Of a DNA stretch of 64,000 nt, positions 11,626 to 23,094 are shown in pieces. Source of the stretch: Azolla caroliniana. Its lineage: Eukaryota > Plantae > Polypodiophyta. The translations under genes were made by a program, and so were the position numbers. The stretch is taken from contig JBHGNT010000009.1 of the NCBI GenBank assembly GCA_043228905.1, forward strand, positions 20,708,001 to 20,772,000, written 5' to 3'. Under the pieces are notes generated by a model. It did not search any database. It had not been told where the DNA came from and was given only the letters and a program-made list of their open reading frames with translations. Position 1 is the first letter of the stretch; the number at the start of each line of letters is the position of its first letter.

Positions 11626-14600
11626 GACTGTTGCGAGTGAGGGTTGCAATAGTCCCATTATTAAAAGACCCTCATATAGGGCATTACAACATATGAATAA
11701 GTCATTTCATGTTTCGGAAAGTGGTGCTATATGTGTGACTAGGATGTATGAATGCAAGAGGAACTTGAAAAAGAATGCTAATCTGTTTCAGCAGGCATTG
11801 AAGGATAATGGAGTACTTGAAATGGAAGAGCAGATTGAAAGTGTTATGGAAGAAATTTCTTTTGCAAATACTTTAGAAGAGTTAGAAATATATTTGAAAG
11901 AAGATGATGAGAATGTTAGAAAGATACATGTAAACTCAATTGATATGTATTATGAGATTGATAGGTATAATTGTAAATATGAAGAAGTGGAAAGTTTATG
12001 TAATACAAAATACAAAACAATAGATAAAAAGGTCAAACCTGCTGCAGTACCATTACCTATTGGTAGTGAAGAGAAGATGGAGGCAGCAGCAACCGAGCCT
12101 ATGCTTCGACCAATAGAGAAGATCGGACATCACTTCACTTCGGAGACAATAAATAACTTGAGAATCGGAAGGGGTGAATTTCTTCTGCAATCAGAGATCG
12201 TGACTTTCAAAGAAATGATCTTTAGGCATGGGAAAGCGTTCGCATTCAAAGCTGAGGAGATTGGTTGTGTAAATCCAAAGGTGGTGACGCCAATGGTAAT
12301 ATTTACTATCCCTCATATCCTTGGAATTTTAAACCTATTGAAGTACCGAGAGCTCGATTACCTCAATTGTTGGAGTTGTTGAAGGATAAAGTCAAGATGA
12401 AGATTTTAGAGCCTTCAAATGCACCATACTCCAATAGATGGTTCACAGTTCCAAAGAAAGATGGTTCTCTAAGATTCATTCAAGATCTACAACCAGTCAA
12501 CAAAGTCACAATCCGAAATGCAGGAATCGGACCGATCGTTGATGAATTTGCGGAAGCGTTTGCTGGAAGAGCGATTTACTTTATGGGAGACCTATATTCA
12601 GGATACGACCAATTTCAACTAGCAATTGATAGTCGCAACATCACAACAATGAAAACACCAATTGGGTTGGTTCGAATGTGCACTCTACCTCAAGGTGCGA
12701 CGAATTCAGTTGCTCATATGATGAATGCAATGAACAAAGTTCTACATGAATACATCCCAAAGGTAACTATGCCATTTTTAGATGATATTCCTATTAAGGG
12801 ATGCTTAGAAAGAGAGAAAGATGAGACTATGGTTGGAAATGGTTGCAGAAAGTTTGTGATGGACCACATTAATGACTGTGAAAGTATTTTAAATAAGCTT
12901 GAGCAGGTACATTTGACACTATCAGGAACAAAGTCTTGCTTTGGGCAAAACGAAGTTCTAATAGTTGGTCATATGTGTGGGTGGTATGGGAGGAAGTCTT
13001 CACCGATCAAAATTAACGCAATACAAAATATGAAGGAAGTTTGCGACTCGGTAACAGAGGTGAGAAGATTTTTGGGTGCTTGTGTGTTTTATCATATTTG
13101 GTTACCACACTTTGCACATGTCTCAGATCCTCTCTACCAACTTTTAAGAAAAGGAAAGAAGTTTATTTGGACTGATGAACATACACAAGTTGTTCAACAG
13201 CTGAAAGAAGCATTACTGAAAGCACCAGTTCTTCGTCAACCAGACTACAAAGGTGAAAGACCAATTATAGTAACAGTTGATACTAGCCCAATCGGGATCG
13301 GTTGGGTTATCAACCAAGAAGATGAAGACCAACATCGATATGCTATCAGATTTGGAGCAAAGATATTAAATGAAAGACAAAGAAACTATGCACAAGTTAA
13401 ACGAGAATTGTGGGGTTTGCTTACTGCATTAAAAACAGATAGAGATTACTTGATCGGAGCAGATGTAGTGGTTGAAACGGATTGTTTGCCACTCATTGGA
13501 ATGATAGCAAGTTGCACGACACCAGATATTGCAATGCTTCGGTGGATTGCATACATCAGAACCATGAACCCAGAATTGCGGCATATAAAGGGAAAAGACA
13601 ACCCAGTTGCAGATATGCTGTCAAGGGCAAGGTTCATAAATGAAAAGGTGATGCAAACTGAAGATAAGAACTGGGCAACTACAAGCCATCAATTTGCTCA
13701 TCAAGAATCTATTATGCCTCATGATGAGTTTAATGTAAGTATAATGTTCAAAGACACAGAGTATGAAGGTCAATGGTTAGAAATAGGAAATTTTCTAAAG
13801 ACTCAAGAAGCCAACCCATCATGGTCGAAGAAACAATTAAATGAATTTCGAAGACGAGCATTCAAGTTTTTTTTACATGAAGGGCATTTATGGAGGCATC
13901 CAAAAAGGCCAACCGAAAATCCTCTTCGAGTCATTTGTAAGGATGACATTAAGAGAAAATTAATTAATGAATTCCATGATAGTTTGTGGGCAGGACATAG
14001 AGGCATATGGGCAACATTTATGAAGTTGAAAGAAAAGTATTGGTGGCCACATATGTATAAAGATGTAACGAAATTTGTGGAAACCTGTGAGGTTTGCCAG
14101 AGGTATTCAACTATCCGGTATCGAGATGAGTTAAAACCAACATATTCATCATCAATGCATTATAAATGGATGGTTGATCTAGTGACAATGCCACTTGGGG
14201 AAGATCAAATGCGATATTTAGTACTAGCAAGAGAAGACCTTACAAACCAAGTAGAAGGAAGACCACTACGACAAAAAACAACTAGAGCTGTATGTAAATT
14301 TTTGTTAGAAGATGTAATATGTCGTTATGGGTGTGTTGGTAAAATAATTGCAGATAGAGGAGAACTCGACTCTGATGAAGCTAGAGAATTCTTCAGCCGA
14401 ATAGGGGTCAAATTATCACTTACAACTGCATATAATCCAGAAGCCAATGGAAAGATTGAAAGAGGACATAGCCCAATAGTTAAGGCGATCGTGAAAAGCT
14501 GTAAAGGTAAAATAAGAGATTGGCCACGCATGCTACCTTATGCACTATGGGCAGATCGAACAACTCATAGTTCAGTAACAGGATACATGCCAGCTGAATT

Positions 14601-15075
14601 GATACTTGGTCAAAAGCCCATCATGCCGATAGAAGAATCGATTATGTCATGGATATCTATTCCATGGAGAGAAGAGGTGAGCAGAGAAGAATTACTTGCA
14701 TTGCGAATTCAACAATTAGAGCGTCGACCTGAAGATATAGAAATCGCAGCCCAACGATTGAAGGAGGCTCGACTAAAGAATAAAATCCGTTTTGATAAAA
14801 CTCATAGAATTCGACCTAAGAAAATAGAAGAAAGAGATTGGGTGCTCGTGTATGATAGCAGTTTAGATAATCAACATAGCACCGTCCGCAAGTTTGCTGA
14901 AAGATGGTTTGGGCCTTATATAGTAAGAAAAGTATATGATAACTTTACTTATAAGCTTAGTGAATTGGATGGGACACTAATCCTAAACGTGGTAGCTGGA
15001 AAGAGGATAAAAGTATTTAAGAAAAGGTTTGAGCTTGAACCTCCTCCAATAGATCAACATGAAGATGAAAGATAG
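11612..15075 (+). CDS. pol: Pol (linker, RT, RNase H, integrase) of element B, with one 1-nt frameshift near 12320
   Basis: ORFs 11546-12382 and 12265-15075 join as TIPHI-PWNFKP if one C is restored. RT FLDD, RNase H, integrase HHCC/DDE/GPY. No chromodomain. Confidence 0.92.
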
Positions 15076-15103
15076 TGGCACATGCCGGAGGATGTGCAGG
15101 TCT

Positions 15104-15115
15104 AGAGGGGGTGGA
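15104..15115 (+). other. Polypurine tract of element B
   Basis: AGAGGGGGTGGA immediately before the 3' LTR. Confidence 0.88.
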
Positions 15116-16179
15116 TGTCGTGAAGTACGAAAGCTTCACATTAAAAGTCTACAATAAGATAAATACGTAATGAAAATAACATTTGATAATGTTTTATATA
15201 TAAAGATAATATTAACAACACATATGATAATATTATATATATGTAAAGAAAAATAATATATATATATAGATAAATATATTATATTACACGAATAAGAGAG
15301 GACTTGAACCAATAACCCCACCCTATGACTCTCAAATCTTACCATTTACTCTATACTAGTAATATACATAAAATAAAGCATACTTTATATATACTTTATA
15401 TTACATAAAGGATTTGCTTCAGATATAAGAATAAAGTTGTATGTTGTATTCAATAGTATTTTGAGATTCGAACCCACAACCTCATATACCAAAGTCAACA
15501 CACCTACCATTAGGCTAGGCCCTTTCTCTTTAAGATTATATTTTCATGTTTATTGTTATTGCATATATTGTTTCATACATAAAAGCTCAAATGAGCGAGA
15601 TGTTTATCATGCATCACATGCATTTCATGCACTACATGCATGACTTGAACCCTCCAATGCATCATATGCATGGGGGCACCTATTTAAATGGTGAAAGAGA
15701 AGATCAAAGGGAGATATGTATGAGATATGAATCAAATTATATATTTCATAAGAGATACCATAAAAATAGAGAAAGAAGGGAAGAAGTTTAACATAAACGT
15801 GGAGCTCTAGCTTGGTGTTCGTGGTGGTCAACTCTCAACAAGAGGGAGGCGGTTCGAGCCTTATCTTCATCAAAATATTGAAGTGAAGATTGTAATGGTC
15901 TACGATCAAGAAAGAGAAGAGCGATTACCTTGCAAGACAAAGTTCGGAGGTTCAATGATGTGCACAATCATTTTGTAACTCTTTTATCAAATAATTATAA
16001 ATCTCTTTTATTGCTTCAAATATCATTCTATATCCTATCTTGTCATATCTTGTTGATCACTATTTATCTATCTCTACTCTTTCGTCTCTTCCGTCCATAA
16101 TCCCAGTGATTCCTTCCTCACTTTCACGATATCTTTTGTCTACGCAACGCTACGCTTCTAGGCGAGCCACGCCACGACA
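15116..16179 (+). repeat. 3' LTR of element B
   Basis: Direct repeat of 8314-9383 with clustered indels in U3. Confidence 0.96.
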
Positions 16180-16410
16180 CCGGCAAGACGCCTCTCTTCC
16201 GGAATGTCCCGCATCAGCATTTCTGCCCTGTAGGACGCCAAATACTTCGTAGCATCCTTTCCGCTGAACCGGCCGATCGTACCGACAACCACCTCAATGG
16301 CTCTGTCGAGGGCGTCGGTGCCCTCGCGTGTGCTCAATATCCGATCCACGGCTGAAGCCATGGCCTCTGCAAGATCCAACCCCCTCATCTTCTACTCTTC
16401 TGCCGCCTCT

Positions 16411-16428
16411 TTCACGTCGGGTTCACCA
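16411..16428 (-). other. Primer binding site of element A (tRNA-Trp)
   Basis: Same 18-mer as in element B, 3 nt inside the 5' LTR on the minus strand. Confidence 0.85.
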
Positions 16429-16431
16429 AGA

Positions 16432-17077
16432 TGTCGAGGTATTCCTCGCGGATGCGTGGAATGAGGCGGGACCTCAGGGGTCTTGTACCGAAGAGCAAGA
16501 GAGAAAGGAGAAGGGAAGAGACCCACTACGTGCGAGCGTAGATTCACAGGGACACGGCCCTTCGACACAAGACGCGAGCGGGAAACCAACACAGAGAGAC
16601 ACGAAGTTATGTATGTATATATTATCAGAGACAAACAACAAGAAACACGAGTTCGGTTACAACTGAACAGGCCGACGAATAGATGTCGATGCCTGTTCGT
16701 AAACGCTCAGAAAGAAAGGAGTAGATTGGAGGTGCTGCCGGAAGCACTCGGGCATTCCTCAGAGCAGCGCGAGCCTCCCGAAAACCTGCACAGAAAGAAG
16801 CTGCCGAGTATGGAAGAGAGAGAAGCCTTCGGTCGACAACCCAACAGCACTTCGTCCCCTCTCTAAAACGCGATCCCCTCCCCCTTCTCGTCTCCCTCCT
16901 TTTATAGGCAAGGAAGGAGCCGTTTCCCCTTTTCTTCCTACCCACTAAATCTACCTACCTCGGATCTTCTATGTACCTAATTCTCCCTTATGTACAATAT
17001 AAGGCGTACGGGCATGAAGAGCCGGTTCCTACGCCCCGGTGCACCGATTCTACTTGTGGACGGTTTTCTTCACGACA
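16432..17077 (-). repeat. 5' LTR of element A
   Basis: Direct repeat of 2221-2866. Confidence 0.96.
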
Positions 17078-17514
17078 ACGTGGTCAATATGAAAGTTTCA
17101 CAGGCCATGCCGATGCCATTTTCAGGAAGCAAATGCATTTTAAAAGGATATGGACCTCTATGCTCATTTTTAGGGAAGATGGAGAACACATAATTTGGAT
17201 GTATATTGTTCCCATGATTTTGGGAAACAATGTCTACTAACTTTGTTTATGGACATTCTGTTGTTACAGATTTTGGGTGCTATAGGTTACATTGAATGCT
17301 CAATTGCAGTTTGGGAGGAGTAGACGATAAAAATCTTGGAGATATGGTGTACAAATATGTGTTGTTCTTGTATATACACATCAAATCGACTATGAGGAAT
17401 GGCGCTGGAAAGTTGTTGCTATTGCTGACTATGCTCAACAAATCGGCCATGATGAGAGTACAAGGGAATCGGTCAAAAACTTAAAACAGGGGAAATTTAA
17501 GAGAAAAGAAGAGA

Positions 17515-17760
17515 ATGTCAAAAGAACATTTCAATGTTGTGTCATTTCTCAAAGCTTGTACTTGGTGGAAGGATCTTTGTGAGGGTTCTAGAATACATGC
17601 ATATATTGTGAGAAAAAGGGTTGATGGAAAAGGCTCATACGTAGCAACTGATTTGATCAACATGTATATTAAATGTAGTGCTCCTTTGAAAGCACAAAAA
17701 CTGCTCAGAAAGTTTTCAACCTGAAATGTTATATTGTGGAATGGAGTGATAACTACAGGT
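17515..17760 (+). pseudogene. PLS-class pentatricopeptide repeat (PPR) fragment
   Basis: VSFLKAC...GSRIHAYI...VATDLINMYIKC...A motif, followed by a stop and no continuation. Confidence 0.7.
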
Positions 17761-18719
17761 GTACAGCGATTCCGATGTCCAAAGTATTATTTCAATCATC
17801 TCTCATCGGCATGGAGGCTGCAAATATCCATGAATCGAAAATGTTTTCAGGTCCCTTTCTCCTCATGAATGGATGGATGAATTTATGGTTAGCATTAGCT
17901 TTGTTTTGGTGGGGTTCTTCTCACCGAAACAGCCATCAACTTTTGTATTGCATATGATTTTATAATACTAGGGTGTATCTTTTGTTTTAAAAAAAAGAGG
18001 GGGGGTAGATATTACTCCTATTGTGTACGATTCAACTTTGTTATATAGGCTCAAAACACATCCCTAGTAATTTGATTGAGTCACTTAATTCGACCATTAG
18101 ATGAGGATGCTCAAAGTAGTTTCCAAAATTTTAAAGACTTGAGTCTAGAAATGATTAGTAAATTTAAGAGTACCTATCATTACCTACATCCATTGGTAAC
18201 CTATAAAATCAAAGTAAGTTATCATTCAATTGTTTATCTATATCCAATTGTGTTTTTATCGTCCATGAGGCCAAATTTGAGTGAGCAAGTGTGTATACGT
18301 ATGAGAGAGAGAGAGCATTACATGCCATGCCCTCACTTAGTATGAGAGAGTTGTTGATAGGTACTTTCTTGGATACCGATCAATACAAGTCTTTCTGGTC
18401 ATTGTATGTTGTTGAGGACTCATGTTTGTATTGGAGATAAAATAGTAGTTGTCGTTTACTACATATGTGGTGTCTTTGTCATGGATACATTACTTTTGTG
18501 AATGCACAAACGTGGTTCATTCTTTGGGATGTTTCTTGGGTTTTGTGAGTTTTGCTTCTTGTGCTATGGGTTTTCATGCCGATGAAAAACAATGACAATT
18601 TGAATTTGACGATTGTAGTCGGAAATAAATACTTGAGTGCATTGTGGATTTTATTTTTAATGAATGCTTGTACAAGTATTGCATGATACATGTTTTAGAG
18701 AAAATAAATAAACTAAATA

Positions 18720-21700
18720 TCAATAGGCAGCTGGATAACCATCTTTTCTAAAATCGCTTACAGCTATAAGCTTCCCACTACTCGCCAACATTTTCCCACT
18801 TAGTGCTTTGCTATGGCACATTAGCTCCACCTTCTCCTCTATTATCAAATGTGCGATGCCACCAGTTGTCCCAGTCGTGATATGTCCCTTACTTTCTAGG
18901 TACTTGACCACGTCTTCTTTTTCCTTAACCACTTCCTCGTTTACCGTTGTCCAATCTTCGTAATCCAATACATCCGGCATCAACTAAAGAAGACAAATAT
19001 GAGTGACCTATTTGCATATATATTATATGTGCACACATTATCCATATTCACGTTTTGTAAATTCTACTTTGAACATTTAGTTGTCCCATATTCCCTAATG
19101 TAGTTTCTTTGAGCTTTCTGACAAAACTTTTGCATGAATGATTCTCACCCTTGCCCTCTAACACAAGAGTTCAACTCCAACTCCCCTAACCTCTTCAATT
19201 AAAATAGAAAAAATGAAGTATATAAATACCCGATGATGAAGCCTTGGATTTGTTATAGATGCTAGAGGTCCATATCCTTTCCAAAACATGTCTAGAAAGA
19301 CTTGTATTGTTGTAGTTATGATCTTTGTTCCTCCACTTCCTCCAAGAGCTCCTAAAAATCCCCCATCCTAAGCATCTCAAACAAACAAAACATATGAAAT
19401 CCGGTATAGATACTTTGGCTTTATATGTTAGGAGTTGAGTTCATTTCAAACATATATAAAGTTCGAGAATAATAAAAAAAACTCCGTCATACTTGCCTTG
19501 AGAACGATAATAGGAGACATGGATGATAAGGGACGCTTGAAGGGTTGGATAAAGTTATTGGGTGCAGGTGGCGAGTCTCCGGGGTCACTAGTAGGTACTG
19601 AGAAATCATCCATTTCATTGTTCAATACTATGCCTGTAGACCTCGATATGAATTTCGCCCCAAACTTTTCGTTCACCGTAGTAGTCAGGGACACAACATT
19701 ACGATCTTCATCAACGACATTGAAATGGCAAGTGCCATGGTCATCAACTTGATCCCATCTGATTAAATCATCAAAAACCCATCCATCGAAAAACCATGAG
19801 TTGCTTTAAAGTCCTTGGATTAATTATACTAGGCATGCTTTGCTTTCAAGCATAGGAAACCTCTTAAAATTCACACGTTAACACTTTGTTCTAACTTTCC
19901 GGTGGTCCACAGTGCACACTAAACTAAAACTAACTGTTCCCGTAACACGGTACCCAAAAGATGGGGGCCAAAGGCAACAAATTACCACTCTGTAGAATAT
20001 TGAAAGAAAACAATGCATGTAGTGAATTGTCATGTGGGGAAGACCAAGGTTTATGTTAACTCACATGGATCCATAGTAAGGGGGAGGGAAGGTGTGGTCA
20101 TCATCGATGAGCTTCTGTAGCTCCGATGCGAATGTCGAATTGAGCATATTCAAGAGCACCTCCTGTACGTCGACAAAATCGGGGTCACCCAAGTACATAC
20201 GAGCCGCAAATGCATGCTTGAATGCCTCGACCATACGATGCAAGCCCAATGATCCATTCACGGCTTCTCGAGGGTTGGGATATGCAGCCAAGATGTTGAG
20301 CACCTGATTTTCAAGCCCTAAAATTTGATGCTTTTGTGGAGTGTACATAAAGCATAAACCCTACTTATGTATGTATGTATGATATGTGTGTATGTGTGTA
20401 TGTATGTATGTATGTATGTATGTATGTATGTATGTATGTATGTATGTATGTATGTATGTATGTATAGAGAGGGTGAGGGAGATGGAGAATCTTTGTCTTA
20501 CCATGGCCAAGCTTGCACCTCCTGAAGATGGTGGAGGCATAGCATATATAGTCAAATCGAGAATGTCGGCCACAATGGGGTCACGGATTTGGACACGATA
20601 GGATGCGAGATCATCGAGGGTTAGAATGCCTCCCTTGTCTCGCACATCCTTCACTAGGTTATCCGCGATGGGGCCTCGGTAGAAGGCCTCGGGCCCTTGG
20701 TAAGCTATGGCGCGCAACGTGTTGGCCAAAGTTGTCCGGACGCACACGTCTCCGGCTCGAAGCAAGGTCCCATTGGGAGCAAACACTTCTCGCAATCCCT
20801 GGTCTGCGAGGATGTCTTCCGCGGATGAGTTGAGCGAGCTTGCGAGGTATTTGCTGACGGTGAACCCTAGTTCGGCTAGCTCAATGGCAGGTTCTATTAG
20901 GGTATGCCATGGCAGGATGCCATGCCTTTCCCACATTAGATGTAGACCGGCTACCTCACCTGGCACAGCCACGGAAAGCCCTCCTTTGGTCTGCGATTCA
21001 GCATCTTCAGAATACATGTCCTGTCCGGGATCTCGTGTGGTGTTAGGGTAAGTGAATTCAAGGGATTTTAAGACATTTTGTTTGGCATCATGGATGGAGC
21101 TTCTGTTTTGTATCACGAGATGTGATACCAGATCTATGTGTATAACATGCGTTTGTTTCTTGTGAATTCAAGGTATTTTAAGACATTTTTTGCAGGTATT
21201 GTGGAAGTAATCCAAGGGGTCATGGATGGGAGCTTCATTTTTGCATCACGAGGTGTGATAATACCAGAGATCTAGGGGAGGGTATATATACATACAATGA
21301 TTGGAGATCTACCAATTGTGGTATGTATATAACATGAGTTTGTTTCTTGTGATTTCAAGGTACTTTAAGACATTTTCTTGGGATTTTTTAAGACATTTTT
21401 GCAGGTATTGTGGCAGTAATCCAAGAGATAGATCATGGATGGGGGAGCTTCAAATTTTTTTTTGTATCACGAGGTGTGATACCAGAGATCTAGGGGAGGG
21501 TATATATACAATGATGGTGGTGACTGACCTCAGAAGCGGCGGCAGGGGCGACTTCTCGGAAGTCATAGGCAATGGTGATTCTTGGGGATGAAGCCGAAGA
21601 AGAAGAAGAAGAAGAGCCATGGAACAGGAGAAACCCACCCCCACCGATGCCACTCACCCCGGGGCATACAACTCCTATGCACAGGGCTATGGTCACAGCC

Positions 21701-22011
21701 GCATCGGCTGCATTCCCGCCCCGTTCCGACATGATCTGTTTCCCGAGCTCCGAGCACCGCTCATCCTCCGATGCTACCGCCCCCTTCCATCCTTCCGCTA
21801 CACGGGAGATGCCCCCCGAGGAACTGTCAATGGCTTCTTCATCGATTATGCCCCGGCCGCGAAGAAGACCGACTCGTGAGCCTCGGGTAAGCGAGGATTC
21901 TCTTTCCGCGAATCCCTGCGCGTCGACGACGAAGAAGAAGAAGAAGAAGAAGAAGATGCTGATGATGATGATGATGAAGATGAAGATGAAGCTCCTGTAA
22001 TGAAGTGCCAT
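18720..22011 (-). CDS. GGT: Gamma-glutamyl transpeptidase (glutathione hydrolase); exons 22011-21529, 21020-20502, 20303-20065, 19758-19497, 19367-19230, 18983-18720
   Basis: Motifs GGNAADAAV, SGIGGG, DFREVAP, SVAVPGEVAG, catalytic HGT, NNEMDDFS, KRPLSSMSP, GGSGG, SDFRKDG. Exon phases join without stops. Intron 4 has a GC donor. Confidence 0.95.
21050..21510. repeat. Degenerate tandem repeat (about 3 copies) in GGT intron 1
   Basis: Recurring TTTAAGACATTTT...CATGGATGG..GAGCTTC...TCACGAG.TGTGATACCAG blocks. Confidence 0.7.
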
Positions 22012-22086
22012 AGCTACACACAGCACCTATATTGGGGGGAGCTCTGCCTTTACCTGTCCACCTGCTTTTGTGGATTGATCTGTGCT

Positions 22087-22132
<46 letters not shown>

Positions 22133-22499
22133 CCTACCTTCCGGATTGATCTGCTGCCCTCCCACCATTCTCTCGCTATCAGTGTCACTGTCACTGTTGC
22201 TTTCTGCTTTTTCTGGCTTTTCATTTGGGCCGAATGGTGGGCGGGCCCAAAAGTACGTATGTCCGAAGGACAGCAGGGCCTGTCTGTCTCTTTGTCCGAA
22301 CCCTGCCGGACATCTCTCGGGAAAGAGCCCGGGCCCTGGACCTAAATGCTAATCCCCCCTAAACCCTCGTCCATGATCGGAAAGGCCTATTTACACCCGA
22401 ACCCGTTCCGTTCACCTTCATGAATATGTACATACAATGTCCGTGCACAAAACAAGTCCCTCGTTCATAGAGAGAGTGAGAAAGAGAAAGAGGCCAAAT

Positions 22500-22710
22500 G
22501 GATAGATGTAACTCAGTTGGTAAGGTTGCCCAATGGAGAGAGACTATGAGGTCATGGGTTCAACCCTTACATGCCACTAGTAAATTAAGATATATTTGTA
22601 TATTTATGGAATAATAAAGAGGTGAGAAATTGGGTTTCAAACCCAATACATAATGATAATAGTGTAACAATTTACCACTAGGGTAAGCTAATCACAAGAG
22701 AAAGAGAGAC
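22500..22710. repeat. Dispersed ~200-bp repeat with two convergent tRNA-like A/B-box cassettes (second copy at 44697-44895)
   Basis: Shared blocks GTAAGGTTGCCCAATGGAGA, GTCATGGGTTCAACCC, GTGAGAAA.TTGGGTTTC.AACCCA and AGGGTAAGCTAAT. Confidence 0.7.
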
Positions 22711-22865
22711 AATATGCGTGTTTGAGAATCTCACAATCGTGCTTGCAAACACATTTCCCCATCTCACAATCGTGCTTGCAGACACATTTCCCCGCACTCA
22801 CATAAACTTGAATTTGTTACACTTTCTCGCAGCATTCGTGTTAGTGTCTATGGCTTCTGCAAAAG

Positions 22866-23094
22866 CGGTTTATGTATCTTACCAAAATACCACTGGCTCT
22901 ATGGTGCAAAATTTAACATATTATCATTTGTTTTCCCCTAAACACTAATTCAATTATTCATAGTGGGAGTCTGGAGACTATTGAAGAGGTTTATGTATCT
23001 TACCAAAATACCACTGGCTCTATGGTTCAAATTTTAACATATTATCATTCGTTTTTCCCTAAACACTAATTCAATTATTTATAGTGGGAGACTA
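22866..23094. repeat. Tandem duplication, ~122-bp unit x2
   Basis: GGTTTATGTATCTTACCAAAATACCACTGGCTCTATGG... occurs twice in tandem. Confidence 0.85.

Larger units (their letters stand above)
8314..16179 (+). mobile_element. Nearly intact AT-rich Ty3/gypsy element B nested in gag of element A
   Basis: LTRs 8314-9383 and 15116-16179, CCGG TSD at 8310-8313 and 16180-16183, PBS, PPT and long gag-pro and pol ORFs. Confidence 0.97.
6392..16388 (-). pseudogene. gag-protease of element A, split by element B (pieces 16180-16388 and 6392-8313)
   Basis: Removing B and one CCGG copy restores the frame (...RRLAG-FPRVAM...). CCHC knuckle CMWCDEVGHIQKDC and protease LVDHGSEINL. Internal stops near 8127 and 7418. 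Confidence 0.9.
2221..17077 (-). mobile_element. Full-length GC-rich non-chromovirus Ty3/gypsy element A, interrupted by nested element B
   Basis: Paired 646-bp LTRs with TG..CA ends, ACGT TSD at 2217-2220 and 17078-17081, PBS, PPT and gag-PR-RT-RH-INT order. Confidence 0.96.

Noticed and set aside
17143-17160. 18-nt inverted match to GGT exon 5 (AAAGGATATGGACCTCTA)
   Set aside because: No extension into recognisable GGT coding sequence; cannot be distinguished from chance or a tiny filler.
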